A stretch of DNA of 64,000 nt from an uncultured Phycisphaerales bacterium (GTDB lineage: Bacteria > Planctomycetota > Phycisphaerae > Sedimentisphaerales > Anaerobacaceae), in NCBI GenBank assembly GCA_963772725.1, contig CAVYYI010000001.1:704001-768000 (forward strand), written 5' to 3'. Each line of letters begins with the position of its first letter. The stretch's first letter is position 1. This document shows positions 56,250-64,000 of the stretch, one piece after another. A program made the position numbers and the translations under genes. The notes beneath the pieces are model-generated. The model did no database searches. It was not told the origin of the DNA and saw only the letters and a program-made list of their open reading frames with translations.

Positions 56250-56278
56250 TTGATAATTATAGGGAGTATGTTTATATT
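56250..56278 (+). promoter_or_regulatory. sigma70-type promoter of the TPR/Cys-rich cluster
   Basis: TTGATA-17 bp-TATATT. Confidence 0.4.
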
Positions 56279-56337
56279 ACAAAATTAAAGGTGTTAATGA
56301 GAAAAATAAATGCGGAATATTTTTAGGGACAAGCACT

Positions 56338-57993
56338 ATGTATAAGGCAAGAGTTGTAATCACGGTGGTGGCATTCTATCTGTTGTTAGTTCAATTAAAC
56401 GCGAGCATATTGGCTGATACATTGGAACTGTTCAAACAGGCTGATAGCTATATCAAGGGCAAGAACTACCAGAAAGCCGAGCAGATTTATCTTGCAATCG
56501 TAACAAATTATCCCGACAGCAATGAGGCTATGAAAGCGCAGAAGGAACTGGTGAACGTTTATATCACAACAAAAGACGAGGCAAAGACAGAAGCAGCCTA
56601 TAATAAATTAGTCGCCGATTACAGTGGATACGCGAATCTGCCGTTTATGCTTTATTCGATTGCACGGAAATACGAATCGCCGGGTGTGAAACAATATGAA
56701 AAGGCAGTAAATGTCTATCAGCAGATAATACAGAAATACCCCAACAGCTCATCTGCCGAAAAGGCAAAATTCGATATTCCCAAGGTAAATATTTTGTCCC
56801 TCATAGATGCGGACAAAGGCGCAGAGGCACAATCGGCTATTGCAGGTCTAATAGCCGACTTTAACGATAACCCGCTTGTGCCGACCACACTTTACAACAT
56901 GGCACAGGGATGCGAAAAGGCCAGGAAATATGAACTGGCAAAAGGCATTTATCAGGAAATAGTACAGCATTATCCTTCAGATTCCTATGCTGATAAGGCA
57001 AAGCCGAATATCGAAAAGATTAACGGCTTGCTGCTGATTAATGCAAAGGATACAGCAAACGCGGCTCTCGCGGTGGATAAGCTAATTTCGGACTTTACCG
57101 GCAATCCTGAATTGCCGGCGGCGCTGTACCAACTTGCAGGACAATATGTCAGCAGGAGCGAACATGCCAGGGCCCAAACCCTTTACCTGACAATTGTAGC
57201 CGATTATCCAAGTTCGAGCTATGCGACAGCATCGAAACGGCGGCTGGTAAATCTGGGTGTAACTATTAAGGATGCAAACGAGGCGCAGAATGCCTTTGCG
57301 AGCCTGCTCGCCGATTTTAACGATGTCAACGGGGTATCAGAGCAGATTTTCGCTATCGGCGAGCAGTATTACACAAAGGCATTTAATTGCAGAAAAAGTG
57401 GGGACCCTAATGGCGCAAGAGATAATTTAGTAAAGGCAATACAGATGTGGGAACAGATAATAAAAAGGCCGGTGAAATCGGTTGTTGTTCAGGATGCCTA
57501 TTATTTCGCCGCTTATAGCAGTCTGCGGATTGGGGAATATCAAAAGGCGATTGACTACTGGCAGAAGCTTGTTGCAGATTACCCTGACTATCAATACGCA
57601 TGGCATGCACAGTATCGCATCGGCAACTGTTATACGACAATGGCTAATAAGGGGCTTATCACAGAATCACAGGCCAAAGTTAAATTTGAGGAAGCCTACT
57701 CTTTACTTTTAGAAAAATATCCCGATTGCACTGCGGCTAAGAGAGCGTCCGGTACGCTTGCCGCTATGAATTTTAAGAGTCAGATGTGGGAAAACGCGGC
57801 TAAGTATTTTGAGATGTATCTTGGCTATTTCAAGGATGAGCCGCGACCGGTGCAGGTTGTCTATAAATTGGCGCAATGTTATGAAAAACTGGGCAATATC
57901 GAAATGGCTGGAAAATATTACAGCGAATACGCCCAGTTAGCCAAACTCGATGCGGCAGGAATAAAGTCGCTGGAAGAGCGATTGTCAAAATAG
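56338..57993 (+). CDS. secreted multi-TPR protein (BamD/YbgF-like repeats)
   Basis: Signal peptide; repeated A..Y..I...YP.S..A..A units throughout 551 aa. Confidence 0.85.
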   Translation: MYKARVVITVVAFYLLLVQLNASILADTLELFKQADSYIKGKNYQKAEQIYLAIVTNYPDSNEAMKAQKELVNVYITTKDEAKTEAAYNKLVADYSGYANLPFMLYSIARKYESPGVKQYEKAVNVYQQIIQKYPNSSSAEKAKFDIPKVNILSLIDADKGAEAQSAIAGLIADFNDNPLVPTTLYNMAQGCEKARKYELAKGIYQEIVQHYPSDSYADKAKPNIEKINGLLLINAKDTANAALAVDKLISDFTGNPELPAALYQLAGQYVSRSEHARAQTLYLTIVADYPSSSYATASKRRLVNLGVTIKDANEAQNAFASLLADFNDVNGVSEQIFAIGEQYYTKAFNCRKSGDPNGARDNLVKAIQMWEQIIKRPVKSVVVQDAYYFAAYSSLRIGEYQKAIDYWQKLVADYPDYQYAWHAQYRIGNCYTTMANKGLITESQAKVKFEEAYSLLLEKYPDCTAAKRASGTLAAMNFKSQMWENAAKYFEMYLGYFKDEPRPVQVVYKLAQCYEKLGNIEMAGKYYSEYAQLAKLDAAGIKSLEERLSK

Positions 57994-58076
57994 TTTTTAG
58001 TGCTGAGTCTTTAGTTTTGAGTTTGAGATTTTTTTTTAATTGGGATTTGTTTCGGAATTCGTGCTTCGTGTTTTCT

Positions 58077-58110
58077 TACGCGATACGCAATACGCACGAC
58101 GCAATACGAA
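58077..58110 (+). repeat. heptamer array (TACGCAA-like)
   Basis: TACGCGATACGCAATACGCACGACGCAATACGAA; shares CACGACGCAATACG with the 55891 array. Confidence 0.65.
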
Positions 58111-58129
58111 AGGAAACGGAGAAAATGCT

Positions 58130-59269
58130 ATGGAAGGAATAAGACTTAAGGCTATAATTGGCATTATGATTTGTATGACAATGTTATCAATTAACCTTAT
58201 GTCTGTTATTGCCTGTCCGCCTGACCCACCGGACTGTTATGATGATGGAGATTGTTATGGCTGTGAGTCCTGTGTAGATGGTGAGTGTACAAACAATTGT
58301 GACACTGAAACCGAATCCTGCTGCGACAATATAATCTGTTACGACTATGATACAAAACAATGCTGCGGGTATGAAAATGGAAAAACGTGTAATAATGACG
58401 AAACTTGCTGCGAAGAATATTGTTGCAACAATGAGTGTGAGACTTGCTGTGAAGATAAATGTTGCGATACATCAAACTGTGAAGTCTGCGTATTAGAAGA
58501 AAATAACACTTGTAAGCAATTGGAATTAAAAAGTGAAACTTGGGTTACAATACCGGAAGATAGAACCCGTACCACAATTGGGATCGGCGAAGCAGTGTTA
58601 TGTTATACCGATCCGCCTGTTTCCGTTGAATGGTCGGTTTCAGGCGATGGTTTTGTATCTCCAACACAAAATCCCTATACATGGTATTTTGCAATAAAAA
58701 GTCCTGGTAGCGGAACTGTTAAAGCAAAATTTGGAACATGTGGATGTGAGAAGACTAAAACCTTTACGGTAATTGCACCAAATGGTATGACAGTTTCACT
58801 CGACCAAGATTATAGTCTTGGAACACTTGGCCCACCAAATAATAATATTGGTTGTTCATCAAAGTTTCTTTGCGTGGTATTATCTACCAGCGTTAATTTC
58901 TATGCTGTTTCTTTTCAAGAAAACATTCCAGGCGATACATGGATATGGCCTGATGGTACACCTGATAGTTTTTCATCAAGAATTGTCTCATGGTCAGTTG
59001 GAACAATTAATGGGCAACATAATGCAACGACAGATGTTAGTACTGAACCTCTAAAGCCTATTATTCGATTATGGAATGATTCTAATTATATTGACCATTC
59101 CCATACAATTAGAGTGCCGGAGGAATATTTAAATCAAAACAATGTTTGGACGTCATGGCTCTCAGGTGAAGTGCATCCTAAACAATACCGTGGATCGGAT
59201 CAGGCCGGACGAACATATATACAAGCATCGAATACTGCATACGGTAATTGGATGGGGCCTTGGCAATAA
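58130..59269 (+). CDS. secreted protein with 25-Cys N-terminal region and unknown beta-rich C-terminal domain
   Basis: GGAG RBS; signal peptide ending SVIA-CPPDPPDC; CC-doublet repeats; then RTRTTIGIGE-containing domain. Confidence 0.75.
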   Translation: MEGIRLKAIIGIMICMTMLSINLMSVIACPPDPPDCYDDGDCYGCESCVDGECTNNCDTETESCCDNIICYDYDTKQCCGYENGKTCNNDETCCEEYCCNNECETCCEDKCCDTSNCEVCVLEENNTCKQLELKSETWVTIPEDRTRTTIGIGEAVLCYTDPPVSVEWSVSGDGFVSPTQNPYTWYFAIKSPGSGTVKAKFGTCGCEKTKTFTVIAPNGMTVSLDQDYSLGTLGPPNNNIGCSSKFLCVVLSTSVNFYAVSFQENIPGDTWIWPDGTPDSFSSRIVSWSVGTINGQHNATTDVSTEPLKPIIRLWNDSNYIDHSHTIRVPEEYLNQNNVWTSWLSGEVHPKQYRGSDQAGRTYIQASNTAYGNWMGPWQ

Positions 59270-59312
59270 AAATATTGACAATTAACAGATTGAGAAAATA
59301 GGAGATAAAACT

Positions 59313-60122
59313 ATGTATACACATAAGGATTATTTAAAAGTGTTGGCGAAGTTAATGATTGTTATCGTTTTTATTATGAGCTCAGACGGTTATTCTAAAG
59401 ACCCAAACGTATTACTTGAAAAAAATCTATCAGAGATTGTTGCTAAAGACAGAGGTGGGGGAACTGATATCAAAAAGCTGGAGGATGATTGTCTCTCGCT
59501 GCTGAGCGACAATAATTCGCCTGAAGAGAAAGGTATAATTTATTCGAAAATTGCTTTAATGTATGCCGGCAAAGGATATTCCTCGCCAAACGATATCCGG
59601 ATACAAAAAACAACCGAATATTCTATGAAGGCATTGGGACATCCCTTAGATGTTGTTACATCTTCTAAAATATATGCGTGCCTTGCTGACTCCCAAATTG
59701 CTCCATATTGGCACAGCTCACATACAGAATTTATCAAAGCAAGGCGTGAAGCTATATTAACAATTTTATCAGGCATTAAACTTGTTTTGGAAAATAACGC
59801 CCCTAAATATATAAAAGAACCTCCTCCCCCCGTAGGTAAATATGAAGTTGATTCAACAAGCCCAGATTATGAAAAAGTAGTTAAAAAGCACGATGAGCAG
59901 ATGGCAGCACGTAAAAAATGGGAATTTGAGCAAAATTTATACTTCCAAAGAGATATATTAACCGGATTATGTGTTTCTTTATATTCTCATAAGCCATACA
60001 ATACGGGCGAGCTGGAAAATTTTGCCCGCGAAAAGCTCAAAGGCCATGATGATGCTATTGATGAAATAATGGCAAAGGTACAAGAAAGAATTCAACAACG
60101 AAGTAAATATAAATTAGACTAA
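59313..60122 (+). CDS. secreted alpha-helical hypothetical protein (partner of the upstream Cys-rich gene)
   Basis: AGGAG RBS, N-terminal hydrophobic segment, helical composition, AT-rich. Confidence 0.7.
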   Translation: MYTHKDYLKVLAKLMIVIVFIMSSDGYSKDPNVLLEKNLSEIVAKDRGGGTDIKKLEDDCLSLLSDNNSPEEKGIIYSKIALMYAGKGYSSPNDIRIQKTTEYSMKALGHPLDVVTSSKIYACLADSQIAPYWHSSHTEFIKARREAILTILSGIKLVLENNAPKYIKEPPPPVGKYEVDSTSPDYEKVVKKHDEQMAARKKWEFEQNLYFQRDILTGLCVSLYSHKPYNTGELENFAREKLKGHDDAIDEIMAKVQERIQQRSKYKLD

Positions 60123-60187
60123 TACCATTCGGGACAGTTGCTTATTTAAAACGCTAGATTTAATAAGCTCTTTGACAAGTTCATAGC

Positions 60188-60820
60188 GTGTTTTTGGGTA
60201 AGGCAAAAGCGCTTTACACAAAACTTATCGCGGATTATCCCGGCTCGGCTGTCGCGGCATCATCGAAAAGACAGCTTGTAAGTCTGGGCGTTATCTTTAA
60301 GGATGCAAACGAGGTTCAGAATGCTTTCACAAATCTGGTGTCCGATTTTAACGATGTCAACGGGGTATCAGAGCAGATTTTCGCTATCGGCGAGCAGTAT
60401 TACGCCAGGGCGCAAAGCTGCCAGAAAAGAAAGGATGTCAACGGCACAAAAGATAATTACGCAAAGGCGATACAGACGTGGGAACAGATAATAAAAAGGC
60501 CTATGAAATCCAAATCTCTTGTTGTTGCCGAGGCGCATTACGCGACCGGGCTTTGTTATCGCGCTCTTGGCGAATATCAAAAAGCGGCGGATGCGTTTGC
60601 TAATTCTTATCTGTTGGAGCCTAACTTCCAATATGCGGATTATTGCCTGTTTGAGAATATAAGGTGTTATTCAAGGCTGGCAAGAGAGAGCAAGATTTCC
60701 AGTTGTGAGGCATTTTATAATTCAATTCTGTTTTATAATGAACTGACGGGCAAGTTTTCGACAAGCAAATATATTCCTTATGCCCAGAGATGGCTGAGTG
60801 TATGCGAGGTTGAAAAATAA
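60188..60820 (+). CDS. TPR protein, 5'-truncated paralog of 56338-57993
   Basis: 62-bp exact match 60342-60403 = 57311-57372; no signal peptide; weak GTG start. Confidence 0.7.
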   Translation: MFLGKAKALYTKLIADYPGSAVAASSKRQLVSLGVIFKDANEVQNAFTNLVSDFNDVNGVSEQIFAIGEQYYARAQSCQKRKDVNGTKDNYAKAIQTWEQIIKRPMKSKSLVVAEAHYATGLCYRALGEYQKAADAFANSYLLEPNFQYADYCLFENIRCYSRLARESKISSCEAFYNSILFYNELTGKFSTSKYIPYAQRWLSVCEVEK

Positions 60821-60893
60821 TAGAGATAAAGTTCGTGGTTCAGAAGCTGGAATCAGTGCAATCTATGCCGAATTAATTATCAAGGATTCGAAA

Positions 60894-61823
60894 ATGAGCA
60901 AAGACAAAGAAAAGAACATAAATGGTGAACAGCCCTCCAAAGAGACTGAATCGAATCTTTGTGAACTGGCGGAAAATTATATCTCCCGCCGTAAACTCTT
61001 AAGCGATGCCGGTAAAACTGCCCTTGGGGGAGCGATGGCGTTTTTCGGATTGAGCATATTCTCCGAGGGGAAGAAGGCAGAAGGGTGTATTCCTCCCTGC
61101 GGCGGCTGCGACCCCTGCGATGGTTGTGATGTAACCTGCGACATGGCCTGTGATGTAACCTGCGAAGTGGCCTGTGAGATAGTCTGCGACATCTGTGAAG
61201 TCTGCGAAACGTCCTGTGATTTAAGCTGTGAAACGGGCTGCGAGGTAACCTGTGAAGCCTGCGAACCGGGTTGTGATTCAACCTGTGAAACGGGCTGCGA
61301 GGTAACCTGCGAAACAGGCTGCGAGGCAACCTGTGAAGCCTGCGAACCGAGCTGTGATTCAACCTGTGAAACAGGCTGCGAGGTCACCTGCGAAACAGGC
61401 TGTGAGGTAAGCTGTGAAGCCTGCGAACCGAGTTGTGATTCAACCTGTGAAACGGGCTGCGAGGTAGCCTGTGAAACTGGCTGTGAGGTAACCTGTGAAA
61501 CGAGTTGCGAGGTAGCCTGCGAAACCTGCGAAACAGGTTGTGAGGTAACCTGCGAAGCCTGCGAACCGAGCTGTGATTCAACCTGCGAAACGGGATGTGA
61601 AATAACTTGTGAAACTATCTGTGAGATAAACTGTGAGACGGGTTGTGAGATAACTTGTGAAGCCTGCGAAACGGGCTGCGAAGTAACCTGCGAAACGGGC
61701 TGCGAAGTAACCTGCGAAACGGGCTGTGAGGTAACCTGCGAAACAGGTTGTGAGGTAAGCTGTGAGACAACTTACGATGATTGCGGCTCTACTGATGTCT
61801 GCACAGATCCATGTGAAACATAA
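60894..61823 (+). CDS. twin-arginine-leader Cys-Xaa-Xaa-Xaa repeat protein (63 Cys in a 245-aa body)
   Basis: AAGGA RBS; ISRRKLL plus hydrophobic stretch plus KAEG; then (CETG/CEVT/CEA/CEPS/CDST)n. Confidence 0.85.
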   Translation: MSKDKEKNINGEQPSKETESNLCELAENYISRRKLLSDAGKTALGGAMAFFGLSIFSEGKKAEGCIPPCGGCDPCDGCDVTCDMACDVTCEVACEIVCDICEVCETSCDLSCETGCEVTCEACEPGCDSTCETGCEVTCETGCEATCEACEPSCDSTCETGCEVTCETGCEVSCEACEPSCDSTCETGCEVACETGCEVTCETSCEVACETCETGCEVTCEACEPSCDSTCETGCEITCETICEINCETGCEITCEACETGCEVTCETGCEVTCETGCEVTCETGCEVSCETTYDDCGSTDVCTDPCET

Positions 61824-61930
61824 GCGGCTGCGGAACTAAAAACAGAATTGAATTTCGTGGCAAAGATTTAAACCTGTAGAAATCGCAGTAGTAAAATTAC
61901 ATAATGGTTACGGTTATGGAAGGATTGCAA

Positions 61931-62980
61931 ATGAACAGAGTTAAATATGCTGCAGGACTTATTTTGCTGGCGGTTGTTTTAGCTGTGCAGGCATGTCCCC
62001 CGCCGCCGCCGTGCGGCTGTGACCCGCCATGCGATACCGCTAACTGTATGAAGTGTAATGCAAACCTTAACTGTGTTTCTAAGTGTACTGCGGGGACGGT
62101 TTGCGATGGCAGCGGAAATTGCGTAGAAGGTTGTCCACAGCTTACATTGGAATTAACATCTCCAGGCAGTGGCGATAAATTAACATTTAACTCTGCAAAT
62201 CCCGGGGTATTATCAATATATTGTGATGCAAAGATAATTAGTGGAATTGCCTGTGACAAAAGCAAAATAAGTTTTGATTGTGATAGTATCGGAAATTCCA
62301 CCAAGACCATAAGTGCAGTTAACTTAAGTGGTGGTCATTATACTTGTACAATCACGTTCACAAATCTGCCTAGCAATAATAGTGGTTTTGGTAGTAAAAC
62401 CGTTAGGGTCAAATGTGGGGGCGCTGTAGAAGATTCGAAAAATATCAAAGTATTTTATCCTGGAAAAGCAACTAATCATCCGGGTGGACAAACGCCAAAT
62501 TGGTTTTATTATTATAAACAGAATGCTGGTGGCGGATTATATAAATATACGTCAGCGGGACGGTCTATAAGTGTCTCCGGTGGTGGTGACTCTACAATAT
62601 ACATAGGTAACGAGGCTTATGATGGTGACCAATACATTATTACAACAATAAGCAATGGCTATTTAACAGCGACAGGAATATCTTCAACTAATTATTATTA
62701 TGCAAATTTTTTAGGTGTTTTGGCACATGAGAGACAACATGCAAGTAATCAAACAAATTCTGGTCCACCAATTGATAGTGATTCTGACCGCCTTTCAAAT
62801 ACATTTGAAACAGGTACAAGTCATACAAAACCCAATGATCCATTTAGCGCTCACGGGTTTTTGCCAGCCTTAGCTCCTTGGTATGATAGGGAAATTTATG
62901 CAGGTGGACCAGTGGAACAGGCTGGAATCGGTGGAGCGAATACGTCACAAGATTGGGCAAATCCTGGTTCAAATTATTAG
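61931..62980 (+). CDS. secreted protein with 11-Cys N-terminal region and C-terminal HExxH (zincin-like) domain
   Basis: GGAAGGA RBS; signal peptide ending AVQA-CPPPPPC; VLAHERQH; DSDSDRLSNTFE; alternative starts at 61904 and 61916. Confidence 0.75.
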   Translation: MNRVKYAAGLILLAVVLAVQACPPPPPCGCDPPCDTANCMKCNANLNCVSKCTAGTVCDGSGNCVEGCPQLTLELTSPGSGDKLTFNSANPGVLSIYCDAKIISGIACDKSKISFDCDSIGNSTKTISAVNLSGGHYTCTITFTNLPSNNSGFGSKTVRVKCGGAVEDSKNIKVFYPGKATNHPGGQTPNWFYYYKQNAGGGLYKYTSAGRSISVSGGGDSTIYIGNEAYDGDQYIITTISNGYLTATGISSTNYYYANFLGVLAHERQHASNQTNSGPPIDSDSDRLSNTFETGTSHTKPNDPFSAHGFLPALAPWYDREIYAGGPVEQAGIGGANTSQDWANPGSNY

Positions 62981-63054
62981 AATTTACTTAATATTACTGC
63001 TGGAAAAATGTTTAAAATAATAAATAATTAGTTTAAAAATAAAAGGAAAAAATA

Positions 63055-63951
63055 ATGCAAACAAAAAAAGTAATATATATCTTAGCCTTGTCTTTTTTTT
63101 GTGGAATGGCTTTTGGTGATGAAGTTATGTTGACAACAAACGAATTTAAGTTAGATTTTCAACTGCAAAGTTTTCAATGGAAAAAGACCTTATCAGAAAC
63201 AGAAAAACAAAAAGTCATATCAGCCCTTGCCTCAGAAAAAGAGCCGATTGTTGATTCCGCATTGAAAGTTGCGGCCATTCATGAAATTAAGGAGGCTGTT
63301 CCAACCATAAGAAAAGGTATAAATGTTTCTGATATTGAACTTAATCTATTTGCAACACTTACCGCTGATGCTATTACTTCCAATAAGAGCCTCCATAAAC
63401 AAATGAAAACTACGATTTTCCCAAAAGAAGCAGGTGCGGAGGATATTGAAAAAGTTAAAGATGATATCATTTGGGTAGAAGTTGTTAAGGAAACAAAATC
63501 TCACAGAAGCGGAGTAAAAACGACTACGAGACTGAAAGGATTAAAATTATCAAAATTAGAAAATAAACTTTTGAATAAAGCTAATAAAAAAAATGATGCG
63601 GCGATTAATGAAATAATTGACAGTTTATCAAAAGCAGAAATAGCTGGAGCTGATGAATATGATCTTAGGTGTATTCTAAGAACATATGAACCCAATTCTG
63701 TAACGGCTGTTATACAAAAACTATCAAACGAAAACCAAGTAAAAGATATGTCGGTTTATGGGAAAATTGAGCTTTTAAGGTTTCTTCAGATATCCTCTTA
63801 TACCATGCCCGAAGAAGACAGACAACGGTGTAAAAAGATTTTTGAGCATTTCTTAACTGAGGATAATCCGGACATAAGTAGAGAGGCGTTTGGGGATCTT
63901 GAGACTGTGAAACAACTCGAAGCCTTAGAAATTTCTGAAAAACAAGAGTAA
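63055..63951 (+). CDS. secreted alpha-helical (HEAT-like) hypothetical protein (partner of the upstream Cys-rich gene)
   Basis: AAGGA RBS; signal peptide ending MAFG-DE; helical with L.EDNPDISREA HEAT-like motif; AT-rich. Confidence 0.7.
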   Translation: MQTKKVIYILALSFFCGMAFGDEVMLTTNEFKLDFQLQSFQWKKTLSETEKQKVISALASEKEPIVDSALKVAAIHEIKEAVPTIRKGINVSDIELNLFATLTADAITSNKSLHKQMKTTIFPKEAGAEDIEKVKDDIIWVEVVKETKSHRSGVKTTTRLKGLKLSKLENKLLNKANKKNDAAINEIIDSLSKAEIAGADEYDLRCILRTYEPNSVTAVIQKLSNENQVKDMSVYGKIELLRFLQISSYTMPEEDRQRCKKIFEHFLTEDNPDISREAFGDLETVKQLEALEISEKQE

Positions 63952-64000
63952 TAATGTCTAATAAAGGCCAAATAAAATCAAAAAAGCAAATTAAGGCCAT

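Noticed and set aside
61080..61800. CRISPR or non-coding satellite; also antisense ORFs 60880-61362, 60977-61387 and 61384-61581
   Set aside because: Variation is mostly at synonymous positions of the + strand Cys frame, which has an RBS and leader. The antisense ORFs are shadows of the repeat.
54623..64000. Integrase-type genomic island with att site at tRNA-Gly
   Set aside because: No integrase and no duplicated tRNA 3' end seen in the window; cannot be excluded beyond 64000.

Overview
Bacterial chromosomal window from an anaerobe. Gene content and repeat style suggest Planctomycetota, possibly Phycisphaerae/Sedimentisphaerales (inference only). Housekeeping blocks: argB-argD-argF-rdgB; rpsB-tsf-pyrH-frr; asd-truA; degQ; lepB; NfnAB-type transhydrogenase; trxA-scpA-trpS; a metX-metW fusion; a group 3b [NiFe]-hydrogenase operon with a Rex/Crp-like palindrome; and tRNA-Gly(CCC). 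Four complete IS elements have readable terminal inverted repeats and target duplications (IS982, IS5, IS66, single-ORF IS66). Three of them are stacked at 13.2-19.4 kb, in a REP-associated tyrosine transposase (RAYT)-like remnant and an adjacent inverted-repeat-bounded one-gene cassette. The most unusual region lies downstream of tRNA-Gly (54.7-64 kb). It starts with a 21-bp palindromic repeat array next to an FN3 gene. It continues with TPR proteins, two secreted Cys-rich proteins each followed by a secreted helical partner gene, and a twin-arginine-leader protein whose 245-aa body holds 63 Cys in a C-(E/D)-x-x rhythm (CXXX-repeat RiPP-precursor-like or metal-binding). Many ordinary genes are split by 1-2 nt indels, most likely uncorrected long-read errors, so split genes are reported with approximate full spans. 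All family assignments come from motif recognition by eye; no database search was run.
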